Shown: one piece after another, positions 55,565-64,000 of the stretch
Layout of the letters: each line of letters opens with the position of its first letter
Position numbering within the stretch: the first letter of the stretch is position 1
NCBI RefSeq assembly: GCF_004104415.1
Contig: NZ_CP034669.1
Reading direction: 5' to 3' (one strand)
Source of the DNA: Corallococcus coralloides
GTDB lineage: Bacteria; Myxococcota; Myxococcia; Myxococcales; Myxococcaceae
DNA length: 64,000 nt
Position numbers and translations under genes: made by a program
The notes under the pieces: model-generated
Databases searched by the model: none
What the model saw: the letters and a program-made list of their open reading frames with translations, nothing else
What the model was told of the DNA's origin: nothing

Positions 55565-56143
55565 ATGCGACCGCTCCTCGCCGCCGCCCTGCTCCTGACC
55601 GCCGCCGCGCACGCCCAGGCCCCGTCGGCCCCTCCGGCCGCGGCGCCCAAGGCCGCCCCGAAGCCAGAGAAGGCCCCCGCGGAGCGCGCCGCCCCCGCCC
55701 GGCCCCCGGCGGATACCGGAACCTCCGGCGCCGCGGACCAGCCCCTCCTGAGGGGCCTCTTGTGGGCCGCGGAGCCCGCGCCGGAGGAGATCCGCTCGCT
55801 CGCCATCGAGGACCTGGCGCTCCTGGGTGACGCGCGCGCCCTGGACCCGCTGGCCGCGTTCATCTGGGACCCCAACCCGCGCATCCAGCAGGCCGCGTTG
55901 CGCGCGGTGGCCCTCTTCCAGCACCGCCGCGCCGAAGAGATCCTGGGCAACGTCGTGCGCCACCCGCGCCTGCCGGACGCGCTGAAGATTCAAGCGCTGG
56001 GCGGTCTTCTGTATCAGCGCACCCCCACCGCCCGCCGGGTGGTGCAGGACGTGGCCGCGGACAGCCGCGTGGGCTACGCGGTGCAGAACGCCGCGCGCTC
56101 GGTGGCGTCGCAGTGGGAGGCCGCCCCGGCCGCCGCGCCCTGA
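55565..56143 (+). CDS. secreted HEAT-repeat protein
   Basis: Signal peptide MRPLLAAALLLTAAAHAQA, an Ala/Pro-rich linker, and HEAT/PBS-type repeats (LAIEDLALLGDARALDPLAAFIWDPNPRIQQAALRAVAL). Confidence 0.7.
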   Translation: MRPLLAAALLLTAAAHAQAPSAPPAAAPKAAPKPEKAPAERAAPARPPADTGTSGAADQPLLRGLLWAAEPAPEEIRSLAIEDLALLGDARALDPLAAFIWDPNPRIQQAALRAVALFQHRRAEEILGNVVRHPRLPDALKIQALGGLLYQRTPTARRVVQDVAADSRVGYAVQNAARSVASQWEAAPAAAP

Positions 56144-56238
56144 GACACGCCTGCCTGTCTGCCCTCCAGGCCTGACGCCGCCCTGGCCCGCCGGGCCGAT
56201 TCCTGGAGTGCGCGCGTGTATGGGTTAGACTGGGGCGC

Positions 56239-56766
56239 ATGAAGATCACCCCCCTCGACATCCGGCAGAAGCGCTTCGAGACGGTGATGCGCGGCTTCGC
56301 GCGTCCCGAAGTCGGCGCGTACCTGGAGCTGATCGCCGGCGAGTTCGAGGAGGTGGTGAAGGAGAACATCGCGCTCAAGGAGGAGCTGAAGCGCACGCAG
56401 GCGCGGCTCGAGCAGCATCAGGAGCGCGAGCGCACCCTCCAGGAGACGATGGTCACCGCCCAGCGCATCAGCGAGGACCTGAAGGACGCCGCGAAGAAGG
56501 AAGCGGAGATCATCATCGCGGACGCGGAGCACCAGGCGGAGAAGATCGTCCACGGCGCGCACCAGCGGCTGGTGCAGGTGGTGGAGGACATCAACGAGCT
56601 CAAGCGCCAGCGCACGCAGTTCGAGTCGCAGGTGCGCTCCGTGGTGGAGGCCCACCGCAAGCTGCTGGAGACGTTCGCCGCGCCCACCTTCGCGGACCGC
56701 GACTACGCGCGCGTGGAGGACAACGTCGCGTTCCTGTCGCAGAAGAAGGCCACCTCCAACGACTAG
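56239..56766 (+). CDS. divIVA: DivIVA-domain protein
   Basis: MKITPLDIRQKRFETVMRGFARPEVGAYLELIAGEFEE is the canonical DivIVA N-terminus, followed by a coiled coil. Confidence 0.9.
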   Translation: MKITPLDIRQKRFETVMRGFARPEVGAYLELIAGEFEEVVKENIALKEELKRTQARLEQHQERERTLQETMVTAQRISEDLKDAAKKEAEIIIADAEHQAEKIVHGAHQRLVQVVEDINELKRQRTQFESQVRSVVEAHRKLLETFAAPTFADRDYARVEDNVAFLSQKKATSND

Positions 56767-56775
56767 CGCCCGCGA

Positions 56776-57075
56776 ATGCCCGCCCCCTGGCTCAAGGCCA
56801 TACCCGCAGGGGTGGAGCTGACGGTGCTCGTCCAGCCGCGCGCGTCCCGCACCCGGGTGGTGGGCGAGCATGACGGCCAGCTGAAGATCCAACTCGCCGC
56901 GCCGCCCGTGGATGGCGAAGCGAATGCGGCCCTGGTGGAATTCATCGCCAAAACGCTGGGCGTGCCGCGTCGGCAGGTGACACTCGTGGCGGGTGACACG
57001 TCGCGCCGTAAGCGATTGAGGGTGGAAGGGGTTGATGCGGCGGCGGCCGAGGCTGTTATCTCTGGTGGACCGTGA
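56776..57075 (+). CDS. DUF167 (YggU) family protein
   Basis: [45 protein letters not shown] matches YggU-like proteins, 99 aa. Confidence 0.85.
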   Translation: MPAPWLKAIPAGVELTVLVQPRASRTRVVGEHDGQLKIQLAAPPVDGEANAALVEFIAKTLGVPRRQVTLVAGDTSRRKRLRVEGVDAAAAEAVISGGP

Positions 57076-58367
57076 GGCCACGCATGCTCCGCCTGTTCGC
57101 CTTCCTGATGATGCTGCTGGCCTCGCCGGGCGTGTTCGCGCAGGAGGCAGGTCCGCGGGGCATCCACGCCACGGAGGCCGTCGTCACGGACACCGCGCTC
57201 GTGCCCCACGCCCGCCCGGCCATCGTCGCGGGGGAGCTGAAGACGCAGCGCTTCGTCATCCTGCACACCGCGAAGGCGGCGGGCGCGGCCCGGGCGCTGG
57301 CCGGACAGATTGAAGGCGTGCGGGACGCCTTTGGCGCGATGCTGGGGCGAGACTGGCCGGGCACCACCGAAATCCGCCTGGGCGTGGGCCGCCAGGAGTT
57401 CGAGGCGCTGGCGCTCCCCGGTGGCAGGCCTCCGGGCTGGGCCGTGGCGCTCGCCTACCCCGGGCATCAGATCATCCTGCTGGACGCGCTCAGCCTGAGC
57501 GACGCGGAGGGGCCCACCACGCTGAGGCACGAGCTGGCGCACGTGGCGCTGGGCCAGCTGGCGAAGGACTGGCCCCGCTGGTTCCAGGAGGGCGTGGCGC
57601 AGAACCTCACCGACGAGCGCTACTCCGTCGCCCACTACAGCGCCCTCTTCCGCGCGGTGACGCAGGAGCGCGTCTTCCACTTCGAGGACCTGGCCGACGA
57701 CTGGCCGGACGTGCCCGCGGACGTCGAGATCGCCTACGCGCAGAGCGCCGCGTTCGTGGCCTTCCTCACCGGCAAGCACGGCTCGCACGCCATGGGCCTG
57801 CTGGTGGACGGCGTGCGCGCGGGTGAGCCGTTCGAGCAGGCCTTCGGCAAGGCCTTCCGCACGTCGCTGCTGCTGGAGGAGCAGGACTGGCGCGAGGGGC
57901 TCGCGGCCCGCTACGGCTGGCTGCCGCTCACCACCAGCTCCGCGCTCCTGTGGCTCACCGCCTCCGTGCTGTGCGTGGCCGCCTTCGTGCGCCGCATGCG
58001 CCAGAAGTCCGCGCGGATGACGGAGCTGGCCGCGGAGGACGCCGCCGAGGACGCCGCGCTGCGCCTGCTCGCCGCCGCCCGCGCCGCGGGGCCCGTCCCC
58101 GTGGACGGCGCCGAGCCGCTGTCCCCCGCCCTCCCCTGGCCGGAATGGCCCGGCGCCACCCCGCCCGTCGCCCCGCCCAATCCGTCCGCCCCCACCCAGC
58201 CGGAGGCCCTGGAGGGCGCGCCGGAAGCCCTGGAGTCGGGCGCTGGCCATCCGGAAGGCCCGGACGGCTCGGACATGGACGACGAGGAGCCGGAGTCCTC
58301 CAGCGGCGAGTACGAGCTGGACGGCGAGGCCCCGTCGGGCCGCCCGCCCAAGCCGACGCTCCACTGA
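57072..58367 (+). CDS. peptidase-MA-like (HExxH) protein with signal peptide, C-terminal TM helix and acidic tail
   Basis: Signal peptide [33 protein letters not shown] (HExxH) plus downstream EGVAQN, a TM helix [16 protein letters not shown] and a Pro/Glu-rich tail. Confidence 0.7.
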   Translation: MRPRMLRLFAFLMMLLASPGVFAQEAGPRGIHATEAVVTDTALVPHARPAIVAGELKTQRFVILHTAKAAGAARALAGQIEGVRDAFGAMLGRDWPGTTEIRLGVGRQEFEALALPGGRPPGWAVALAYPGHQIILLDALSLSDAEGPTTLRHELAHVALGQLAKDWPRWFQEGVAQNLTDERYSVAHYSALFRAVTQERVFHFEDLADDWPDVPADVEIAYAQSAAFVAFLTGKHGSHAMGLLVDGVRAGEPFEQAFGKAFRTSLLLEEQDWREGLAARYGWLPLTTSSALLWLTASVLCVAAFVRRMRQKSARMTELAAEDAAEDAALRLLAAARAAGPVPVDGAEPLSPALPWPEWPGATPPVAPPNPSAPTQPEALEGAPEALESGAGHPEGPDGSDMDDEEPESSSGEYELDGEAPSGRPPKPTLH

Positions 58368-58534
58368 GGGGCGCCGCGTGCCCAGACAGGGAAGCAACTT
58401 CCCCTGCCCCCCGCCTTTCAACATCCGCCCCGTAGGATTTACGTCCTCCGGCCGCCCTTCAGGGCACCCCCATTGCCCAAGTGGGCGGATTCATTGGGAA
58501 CCAGCAACCGTCTGGCGTTGGCAAAGCCCTTGCT

Positions 58535-59092
58535 ATGTCTTTGTTCGCGATGCGGACGACAACGGACATGGCGGCGGAGCGGGGACGGAAGAAGGCCGGG
58601 GCGGCCCGGGTCTTCAGCAAGCAGCCGGAGCGCATCGCGGCCCTGTGGCGGCGGATGCGGCTGGCGGCGCACGAGGGCCAGGGCGTTCCGGGCGCGAGCC
58701 TGCTGGACGGACTGGTGGAGCCCTTCGTCCGGGAGCTGGGGCTGACGCTGGAGGGCGTGGAGTCCAGCCCCTGGAGCCGCACCCGCGCGGTGCTGCGCCT
58801 GGCGCCGGAGCGTGGCGCGCGGGCCCTGCACGACGAGTTCGCACTGCTGCGGCGGTGCCTGGTGGACGCCCTGGAGGTGCTGGGCGGCGGCGACACGGAG
58901 CGCCAGCGCATCAACCGCGCGATTGACGAGGCCGTGGACAGCGCGGTGGCGCTGCTCCAGCGGATGGCGGACCCGAAGGCGGATGGGCCCCGGGTGCCGT
59001 TCGGCGGCCTGGTGGTGGAGTACTTCGAGCGGCCGTCCCACGCGCGCCGGGCCCCCATGGGCCGCCGCGACGAGCGGTCCGCCATGCACTGA
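58535..59092 (+). CDS. hypothetical protein
   Basis: Internal Met (MSLFAMRTTTDM) of track ORF 58481..59092. No domain was recognised and the start is uncertain (58481-58550). Confidence 0.4.
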   Translation: MSLFAMRTTTDMAAERGRKKAGAARVFSKQPERIAALWRRMRLAAHEGQGVPGASLLDGLVEPFVRELGLTLEGVESSPWSRTRAVLRLAPERGARALHDEFALLRRCLVDALEVLGGGDTERQRINRAIDEAVDSAVALLQRMADPKADGPRVPFGGLVVEYFERPSHARRAPMGRRDERSAMH

Positions 59093-59388
59093 GTTTGAAG
59101 TCGACACACAGGGATTCGACGGCGCGCGGGAAGGCGCCAGGGTTTTGTTGCAAGGGTTTGCCGATCCGTCCGGCTTGACACTCCTCACTGAGGAAGGGTC
59201 CGGGGGCTGGCGGGAGGGTGCGCTGTCATGGATGGGGGTCCGTGACGCGCCTTGAGGGTGCGTGTTCCCGCTCGGGGGAGCGGTGAGCCGCACACAGTCG
59301 AACGCCGGAACGCGTGGATGGGGGTCCGCGCGCTCCGCCGGTCGGACGGATCGGCATGTTTTGTCGGGGGGATTGGGGATGGGGCAGC

Positions 59389-59429
59389 GGGAGGGCGCCT
59401 ACGGGGGTGGGCGCTCTCCCGCATTTTTT
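59389..59429 (+). terminator. rho-independent terminator (plus-strand orientation) just 3' of polA
   Basis: GGGAGGGCGCC-tacgggggtg-GGCGCTCTCCC-gca-TTTTTT: an 11-bp stem with one G·U pair and a T6 run. It sits 6 nt from the polA stop on the opposite strand. Confidence 0.6.
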
Positions 59430-59434
59430 CGTGC

Positions 59435-62140
59435 TCAGTGCGCGTCCGCCCAGCTCTTCCCCGCGCCCACGTCCACCTTGAGCGGCACCTTCAGCTCGGC
59501 GACGGAGGCCATGCTCTTCACGGCCAGGGCCTTCACGGCCTCCACCTCCGCGTCCGGCGCCTCGAAGAGCAGTTCGTCGTGCACCTGCAGGAGCACGCGC
59601 GTCTTCAGCTTCTGCTCGCGGAGCGCGGCGTCCACGGCCAGCATGGCCTTCTTCATCAGGTCCGCGGCGGTGCCCTGGATGGGCATGTTGATGGCGGCGC
59701 GCTCGGCGGCCTGGGCCACCGCCCGGTTCTTGGAGAGCAGGTCCCCCATCAGGCGGCGGCGGCCGTAGAGCGTCTCCACGTAGCCCACCTTGCGCGCCCG
59801 CTCCACGGTGTCCTCCAGGTACTGGCGGATGCCCGCGTACCGGATGAAGTACCGCTCGATGACGTCGCGCGCGTTCTCCTGGGAGATGCCCAGGCGCGTG
59901 GACAGGCCGTGCGCGGACAGGCCATACGCGATGCCGAAGTTCACCATCTTCGCCACGCGGCGCTGCTCGCGGTCCACGTCCTTGGGGTCCACGCCAAAGA
60001 CTTCCGCCGCCGTGCGGCTGTGGATGTCCTCGTCGTTGCGGAAGGCGTCGATGAGGACCGGGTCCTCCGCGATGTGCGCCAGCAGCCGCAGCTCAATCTG
60101 CGAGTAGTCCGCGCTCACCAGCTGGTGCCCCGCGTCCGCCACGAAGGCGCGGCGGATTTCGCGCCCCAGCTCCGTGCGGACAGGGATGTTCTGCAGGTTC
60201 GGGTCGGACGAGGACAGCCGGCCGGTGGCGGTGGCCGCCTGGTGGTACGTGGTGTGGATGCGCCCGTCCTTCGCGACCAGCGTGGGCAGCGTGTCCAGGT
60301 AGGTGCTCTTGAGCTTGGACAGGCCCCGGTACTCGATGAGCGCGCGCGCGAGCACGCTGTCGTGCTCCTCCGCCAGCTTCTCCAGCACCTCCTGGTCCGT
60401 GGACGGGCCCGTCTTGCCGCGCTTGAGGATGGGCAGCTTCTGCTCCTCGTAGAGCACCTGCGCCAGCTGCGGGTTGGAGCCCAGGTTGAAGACGTGGCCC
60501 GCGGCCTGGTGGCACTCGGCCTCCTTCGCCTTCACCTCCACGTCCACGCGTTCAGAGGTGCGGCCCAGCTCCGTCACGTCCAGCTTCACGCCCTCGCGCT
60601 CCATGCGCGCGAGCACAGGCAAGAGCGGCAGCTCCAGCGTGCGCGCCAGCTCCGAGAGCCCGCCCAGCTCCAGCTCCTTCCACAGCTCCGGCGCCATCCT
60701 GCGCGCCGCGTCCGCGCGCACCGCGTACGCCGCGGCCACCTCTTCCGGCCCGTGGTCCGCCAGCGGCCGCCCCTTCTTGCCGCCCACGGACGCGGGCAGC
60801 GCCGGCAGCTCCGAGCGCAGCCGCTCGCGCGCCAGGTCCGCGAGCGCGTGCTCCCGGCGCGACGGGTTGAGCAGGTAGCTGAGCAGCTCCACGTCGTCGT
60901 GCGCGCCCTCCAGCGTCAGCCCTTCGTTGGCCAGCACCAGCGTGAGCGCCTTGAGGTCGTGGCCGCCCTTCTTCACCGCCGCGTCGGAGATGACGTCCTT
61001 CATCGCCGCGGTGAAGGCCGCCACCGGCACCTGCGTGGCGCCCAGCTGCTGGTGCCTCAGCGGCACGTAGCGCGTGGTGCCGTCCGGCAGCGCCACGCCC
61101 AGGCCCACCAGCGGCGCCGCGAAGGGCATGCCCTCGTAGGCGGGCACCAGGGTGAGGGCCCCGGCCGCCTTCGCCGCGTCCGCCAGCGCCTTCAGCTCCG
61201 CCTCGGTGGAGATCAGCGTGGTGGTGGTGGCGAGCGGCGCCACGTCCGGCCGGGCCGGGGCCTCCTCCGCGGGCAGGTCGCGCAGGAGCGCGAAGAACTC
61301 CAGCTCCGTGAACAGGTCCCGCGCGCGCGTGGCGTCCGGCGCGCGGCGGATGAGTTCCTCCAGCTTCACGCCCAGGGGCAGCGCGGTGTTGAAGGTGACG
61401 AGCTGCTTGGCGCGCGTCAGGCTCTCACGGTGGGACTCCAGGGCCGCGCGGATCTTCGGCTTCTTCACCTCCTCCACGCGCGCGAGCAGCGTCTCCACGT
61501 CGCCGAACTGGTGGAGCAGCTCCACCGCCGTCTTGTCGCCCACGCCGGGCACCTTGGCGACGTTGTCCACCGCGTCGCCCACCAGGGCCAGGAAGTCGCG
61601 CACCTGCCCGGGCAGGATGCCCATCTTCTCCTGCACGTCCGCGATGCCGATGCGCTTGTTCTTCGCGGGGTCGAAGAGGGTGATGTCCTCGTCGACGATC
61701 TGCATGAAGTCCTTGTCGCTGGTGACGACCAGGACCTGGAAGCCCTCCGCCTTGGCCTGCATCGCCAGCGTGCCGATGACGTCGTCCGCCTCCCACCCCT
61801 CCGCGTCCAGCGAGGGCAGGTTCAGCACGTCCCCCACCTTGCGGATGAGGGGGAACTGGGGCGTCAGGTCCTCCGGCGGCGCCTTGCGGTTCGCCTTGTA
61901 CGTGGGGTCTATCTTCTGACGCTCCACGCGGCCGGACTTGTCGAACGCCAGCGCCACGTGCGTGGGCTTCAGCTCCAGCAGGGCCTTGAGCACCATGCGG
62001 GTGAAGCCCAGCACCGCGTTGGTCGGCACCCCCTTGCTCGTCGTGAGCGGGGGGATGGCGTGGTAGGCGCGGAAGATGAAGCCGGAGGCGTCGAAGAGCG
62101 CCAAGCGGCGCTCGGAGCGCGGGGGGCTGGTGTCGGCCAT
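59435..62140 (-). CDS. polA: DNA polymerase I
   Basis: 5'-3' exonuclease N-terminus (LALFDASGFIFRAYHA), a 3'-5' exo-like region and a polymerase domain with DYSQIELR, RRxAKxxNFGxxYG and VHDE motifs. 901 aa. Confidence 0.97.
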   Translation of the reverse strand: MADTSPPRSERRLALFDASGFIFRAYHAIPPLTTSKGVPTNAVLGFTRMVLKALLELKPTHVALAFDKSGRVERQKIDPTYKANRKAPPEDLTPQFPLIRKVGDVLNLPSLDAEGWEADDVIGTLAMQAKAEGFQVLVVTSDKDFMQIVDEDITLFDPAKNKRIGIADVQEKMGILPGQVRDFLALVGDAVDNVAKVPGVGDKTAVELLHQFGDVETLLARVEEVKKPKIRAALESHRESLTRAKQLVTFNTALPLGVKLEELIRRAPDATRARDLFTELEFFALLRDLPAEEAPARPDVAPLATTTTLISTEAELKALADAAKAAGALTLVPAYEGMPFAAPLVGLGVALPDGTTRYVPLRHQQLGATQVPVAAFTAAMKDVISDAAVKKGGHDLKALTLVLANEGLTLEGAHDDVELLSYLLNPSRREHALADLARERLRSELPALPASVGGKKGRPLADHGPEEVAAAYAVRADAARRMAPELWKELELGGLSELARTLELPLLPVLARMEREGVKLDVTELGRTSERVDVEVKAKEAECHQAAGHVFNLGSNPQLAQVLYEEQKLPILKRGKTGPSTDQEVLEKLAEEHDSVLARALIEYRGLSKLKSTYLDTLPTLVAKDGRIHTTYHQAATATGRLSSSDPNLQNIPVRTELGREIRRAFVADAGHQLVSADYSQIELRLLAHIAEDPVLIDAFRNDEDIHSRTAAEVFGVDPKDVDREQRRVAKMVNFGIAYGLSAHGLSTRLGISQENARDVIERYFIRYAGIRQYLEDTVERARKVGYVETLYGRRRLMGDLLSKNRAVAQAAERAAINMPIQGTAADLMKKAMLAVDAALREQKLKTRVLLQVHDELLFEAPDAEVEAVKALAVKSMASVAELKVPLKVDVGAGKSWADAH

Positions 62141-62199
62141 CCCCCGTCCCTAGCGCGCCTACCGCTGTCTGTCCACGAAGCCCCGCACCGGAGCGCCGC

Positions 62200-63903
62200 T
62201 CAGCGGCACTTCATTTCGGCCTTCTTCGCGGCCATCTGCTCGGCGATGCCGTCACCCGGCACGGCGTAGTCCTCCACCGCCTGGAAGTCCGAGCAGCTGC
62301 CCGCGGCGTTCAACGCGTTCTGCGCCTGCGTGGAGCAGAAGGCCACCACGCGGTTCAGGCTCGTGTTGCCCTTGTAGAAGTCGAAGCCCATCTTCCAGAT
62401 GCGGCAGCCGCGGCGGCGATCCTCCCGGTCGGCGAAGTGCTTGCCCCGCTGGAAGGCGGCGGTCGCCAGGTCCTGGAACATGTTCTTCCGGTAGAAGGAC
62501 AGGTGCGACTCCGCCAGCTCCGCCATGATGCGCTTGTCCGTCGCCAGCGCGTCCTTGAACGGCGCCACCGCGCGCTCGGGGTCGTCGTTGGTGATCAAGC
62601 TCTGGCCCGTCTTGAAGAGCTGATCCACGTTGGACACGTCGCGGATGAGGTCGTCCGCCAGCTGGTGGTACTGCGCCTGGTCTTCCTTCGAGCGCAGCTT
62701 CTGCAGCGTCGCCATGGCCTCGCTGCCGCGGCCATTCCAGTAGTCCATCAGCGCCGCCTGGACGAGCTTCGGGACGTAGCGCTTGGCGAACATGGCGCGC
62801 ACCTCGGTGGCCTGATCCACGCCCAGCCCGTCCTCCTGGAGGATGTCCGAGACCGGGCACGTCCACGGCGCGGCGTCGCGCTCCACGCGCTTGCGGGCCA
62901 CCAGGAACTTCACGAACATGGCGTCCTTGGGGCGCCACTCGTTCCTGCGCAGGCGGCCCTCCAGGCGGAGCGTCTGACCGATGGGCGGCTCCAGGTCCTC
63001 CTTGCTCTGCTTCTGGCACCACACTTCCATGTACTGCTGGCAGCGCTGGACCGCGGGGCCCCACTGCGAGTTGTTCAGGTAGCGATTGCAGTCGAACTTC
63101 GCGCGCTCCACGAACTGCTCGGCCGTCTCCTTCGCCTTGGAGCGGGCGCGGCGGAAGTACTCGCTCTCCTTCGGAATCTTGCGCAGGAACTCCAGGGCGT
63201 CCTTCTCGCGGTTGAGCTCGATGGCCTTCTTCGCGGCCTCGAAGTTGTCGAAGGCCTCCTTCTCCAGCTTGATGCGCCGCGCGAGGGTGTTCGCCTCGGC
63301 GTTGATGGGGTCCATGTCCAGCGCCTGCTCGCACGCCTTTTCGGCGCGGCCCCAGTCAGGAGCCCCCGTCTCATTGGAGGCGTAGGAGCGGCACTCGCTG
63401 AGGAACTCCTGCACCTGCTGCGCGGGATCCATCGGCGCGGCGGGCCCCGTCTTCGGCGCCTTCTGCGGCGCCCCGACGGAGGACTTCACCACCGCCGCCA
63501 CCGCCAGCAGCGCCACCACGCCGCCCGCGATCACCAGCAGCTTGCGCTTCTTGTCCGCCTCGGGTGCCGCCCTGCCCCCACGACGGGCCGGCGCCGCGCC
63601 CGTACGGCGCGCGGGCGTGTCGGAGGACTCGTAGGTCATCTCCACCACGCCGAACTGGAGGACGTCCCCGGGCTGCAGGTCGACGAACTCCTCGCCCAGC
63701 AATTCGCCGTTGAGCAGGGTGCCGTTGGCGCTGCCCAGGTCGCGCGCGAGCACGCCGGAGCCCTCGCGCTTCACCTCCGCGTGCTTCCGGCTCACGGAGT
63801 CGTCATCCAGGATGACCGCCGCCGGAGGCGCCCGGCCCACCAGCAACGTGCCGTGGATGGGATAGGACTTGCCCGCCCACGGCCCCGTCATGCCCTTGAG
63901 CAT
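62200..63903 (-). CDS. FHA-domain membrane protein with large Cys-containing periplasmic domain
   Basis: N-terminal FHA (GTLLVGRAPPAAVILDDDSVSRKHAEVKREGSGVLARDLGSANGTLLNGELL), a single TM helix (LLVIAGGVVALLAVAAVV), then a ~400 aa domain with TPR-like helices. Confidence 0.85.
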   Translation of the reverse strand: MLKGMTGPWAGKSYPIHGTLLVGRAPPAAVILDDDSVSRKHAEVKREGSGVLARDLGSANGTLLNGELLGEEFVDLQPGDVLQFGVVEMTYESSDTPARRTGAAPARRGGRAAPEADKKRKLLVIAGGVVALLAVAAVVKSSVGAPQKAPKTGPAAPMDPAQQVQEFLSECRSYASNETGAPDWGRAEKACEQALDMDPINAEANTLARRIKLEKEAFDNFEAAKKAIELNREKDALEFLRKIPKESEYFRRARSKAKETAEQFVERAKFDCNRYLNNSQWGPAVQRCQQYMEVWCQKQSKEDLEPPIGQTLRLEGRLRRNEWRPKDAMFVKFLVARKRVERDAAPWTCPVSDILQEDGLGVDQATEVRAMFAKRYVPKLVQAALMDYWNGRGSEAMATLQKLRSKEDQAQYHQLADDLIRDVSNVDQLFKTGQSLITNDDPERAVAPFKDALATDKRIMAELAESHLSFYRKNMFQDLATAAFQRGKHFADREDRRRGCRIWKMGFDFYKGNTSLNRVVAFCSTQAQNALNAAGSCSDFQAVEDYAVPGDGIAEQMAAKKAEMKCR

Positions 63904-64000
63904 CGGACCCGAAGCCGCGCCCGCCGCCGCGTCACCCGCACCCGCGCCCGCCCGCGAGGCCGTGGAGCGCGCGGGCCGTTTCGCCAGCGCGCCCTCGGGC

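Noticed and set aside
1-64000. Search for tRNA, rRNA, integrase, transposase and phage structural genes.
   Set aside because: None was recognised on either strand.

Overview
This 64 kb window is high-GC (about 68-70 %) chromosomal DNA with gene content typical of a myxobacterium (Myxococcus or Corallococcus-like); that taxonomic call is inference. Most of the window is core or housekeeping genes: MoxR ATPase with its DUF58 partner and an SNF2 helicase, proC, a cytochrome P450 and an ABM monooxygenase, aminopeptidase N, a Kelch-repeat lipoprotein, an SDR, a LysR regulator, phhA, PBP4/dacB, prolyl oligopeptidase, DivIVA, YggU, polA and an FHA protein. High GC produces many long antisense ORFs in the six-frame track, and I treat these as artefacts.

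The accessory part is a lower-GC block at about 28.8-38.7 kb, which holds:
- A LysM-domain effector-like protein (minus strand) with a C-terminal papain-fold peptidase domain and no signal peptide, next to a divergently transcribed secreted protein.
- A frameshifted protein with eukaryote-like major-vault-protein (MVP) repeats.
- A triple tandem array of about 1.87 kb cassettes. Each cassette has a lipoprotein toxin with a C-terminal PD-(D/E)xK-like nuclease domain, a translationally coupled immunity-like gene, and a degenerate copy of a small Cys-rich secreted peptide gene; an intact copy of that peptide gene precedes the array. Between copies, sequence divergence is confined to the toxin C-terminus and the immunity N-terminus. 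This is the strongest candidate for an undescribed system.

Other items worth a second look:
- A Fic protein with an HPFPDGNARAAR motif, followed by two translationally coupled paralogous genes of unknown function.
- A protein with an N-terminal Macro-like domain and a C-terminal NDT/SLOG-like domain, next to a tandem cyclic-nucleotide-binding protein.
- A MoxR-DUF58-SNF2 operon.
- Several genes split by frameshifts (Smr, rdgC, MVP-like, che remnants), which could be pseudogenes or assembly indels.
- An orphan MbtH-like gene.

No rRNA, tRNA, CRISPR, transposase or integrase was recognised. Coordinates of internal starts were derived from the ORF track by codon counting and may be off by a few codons.
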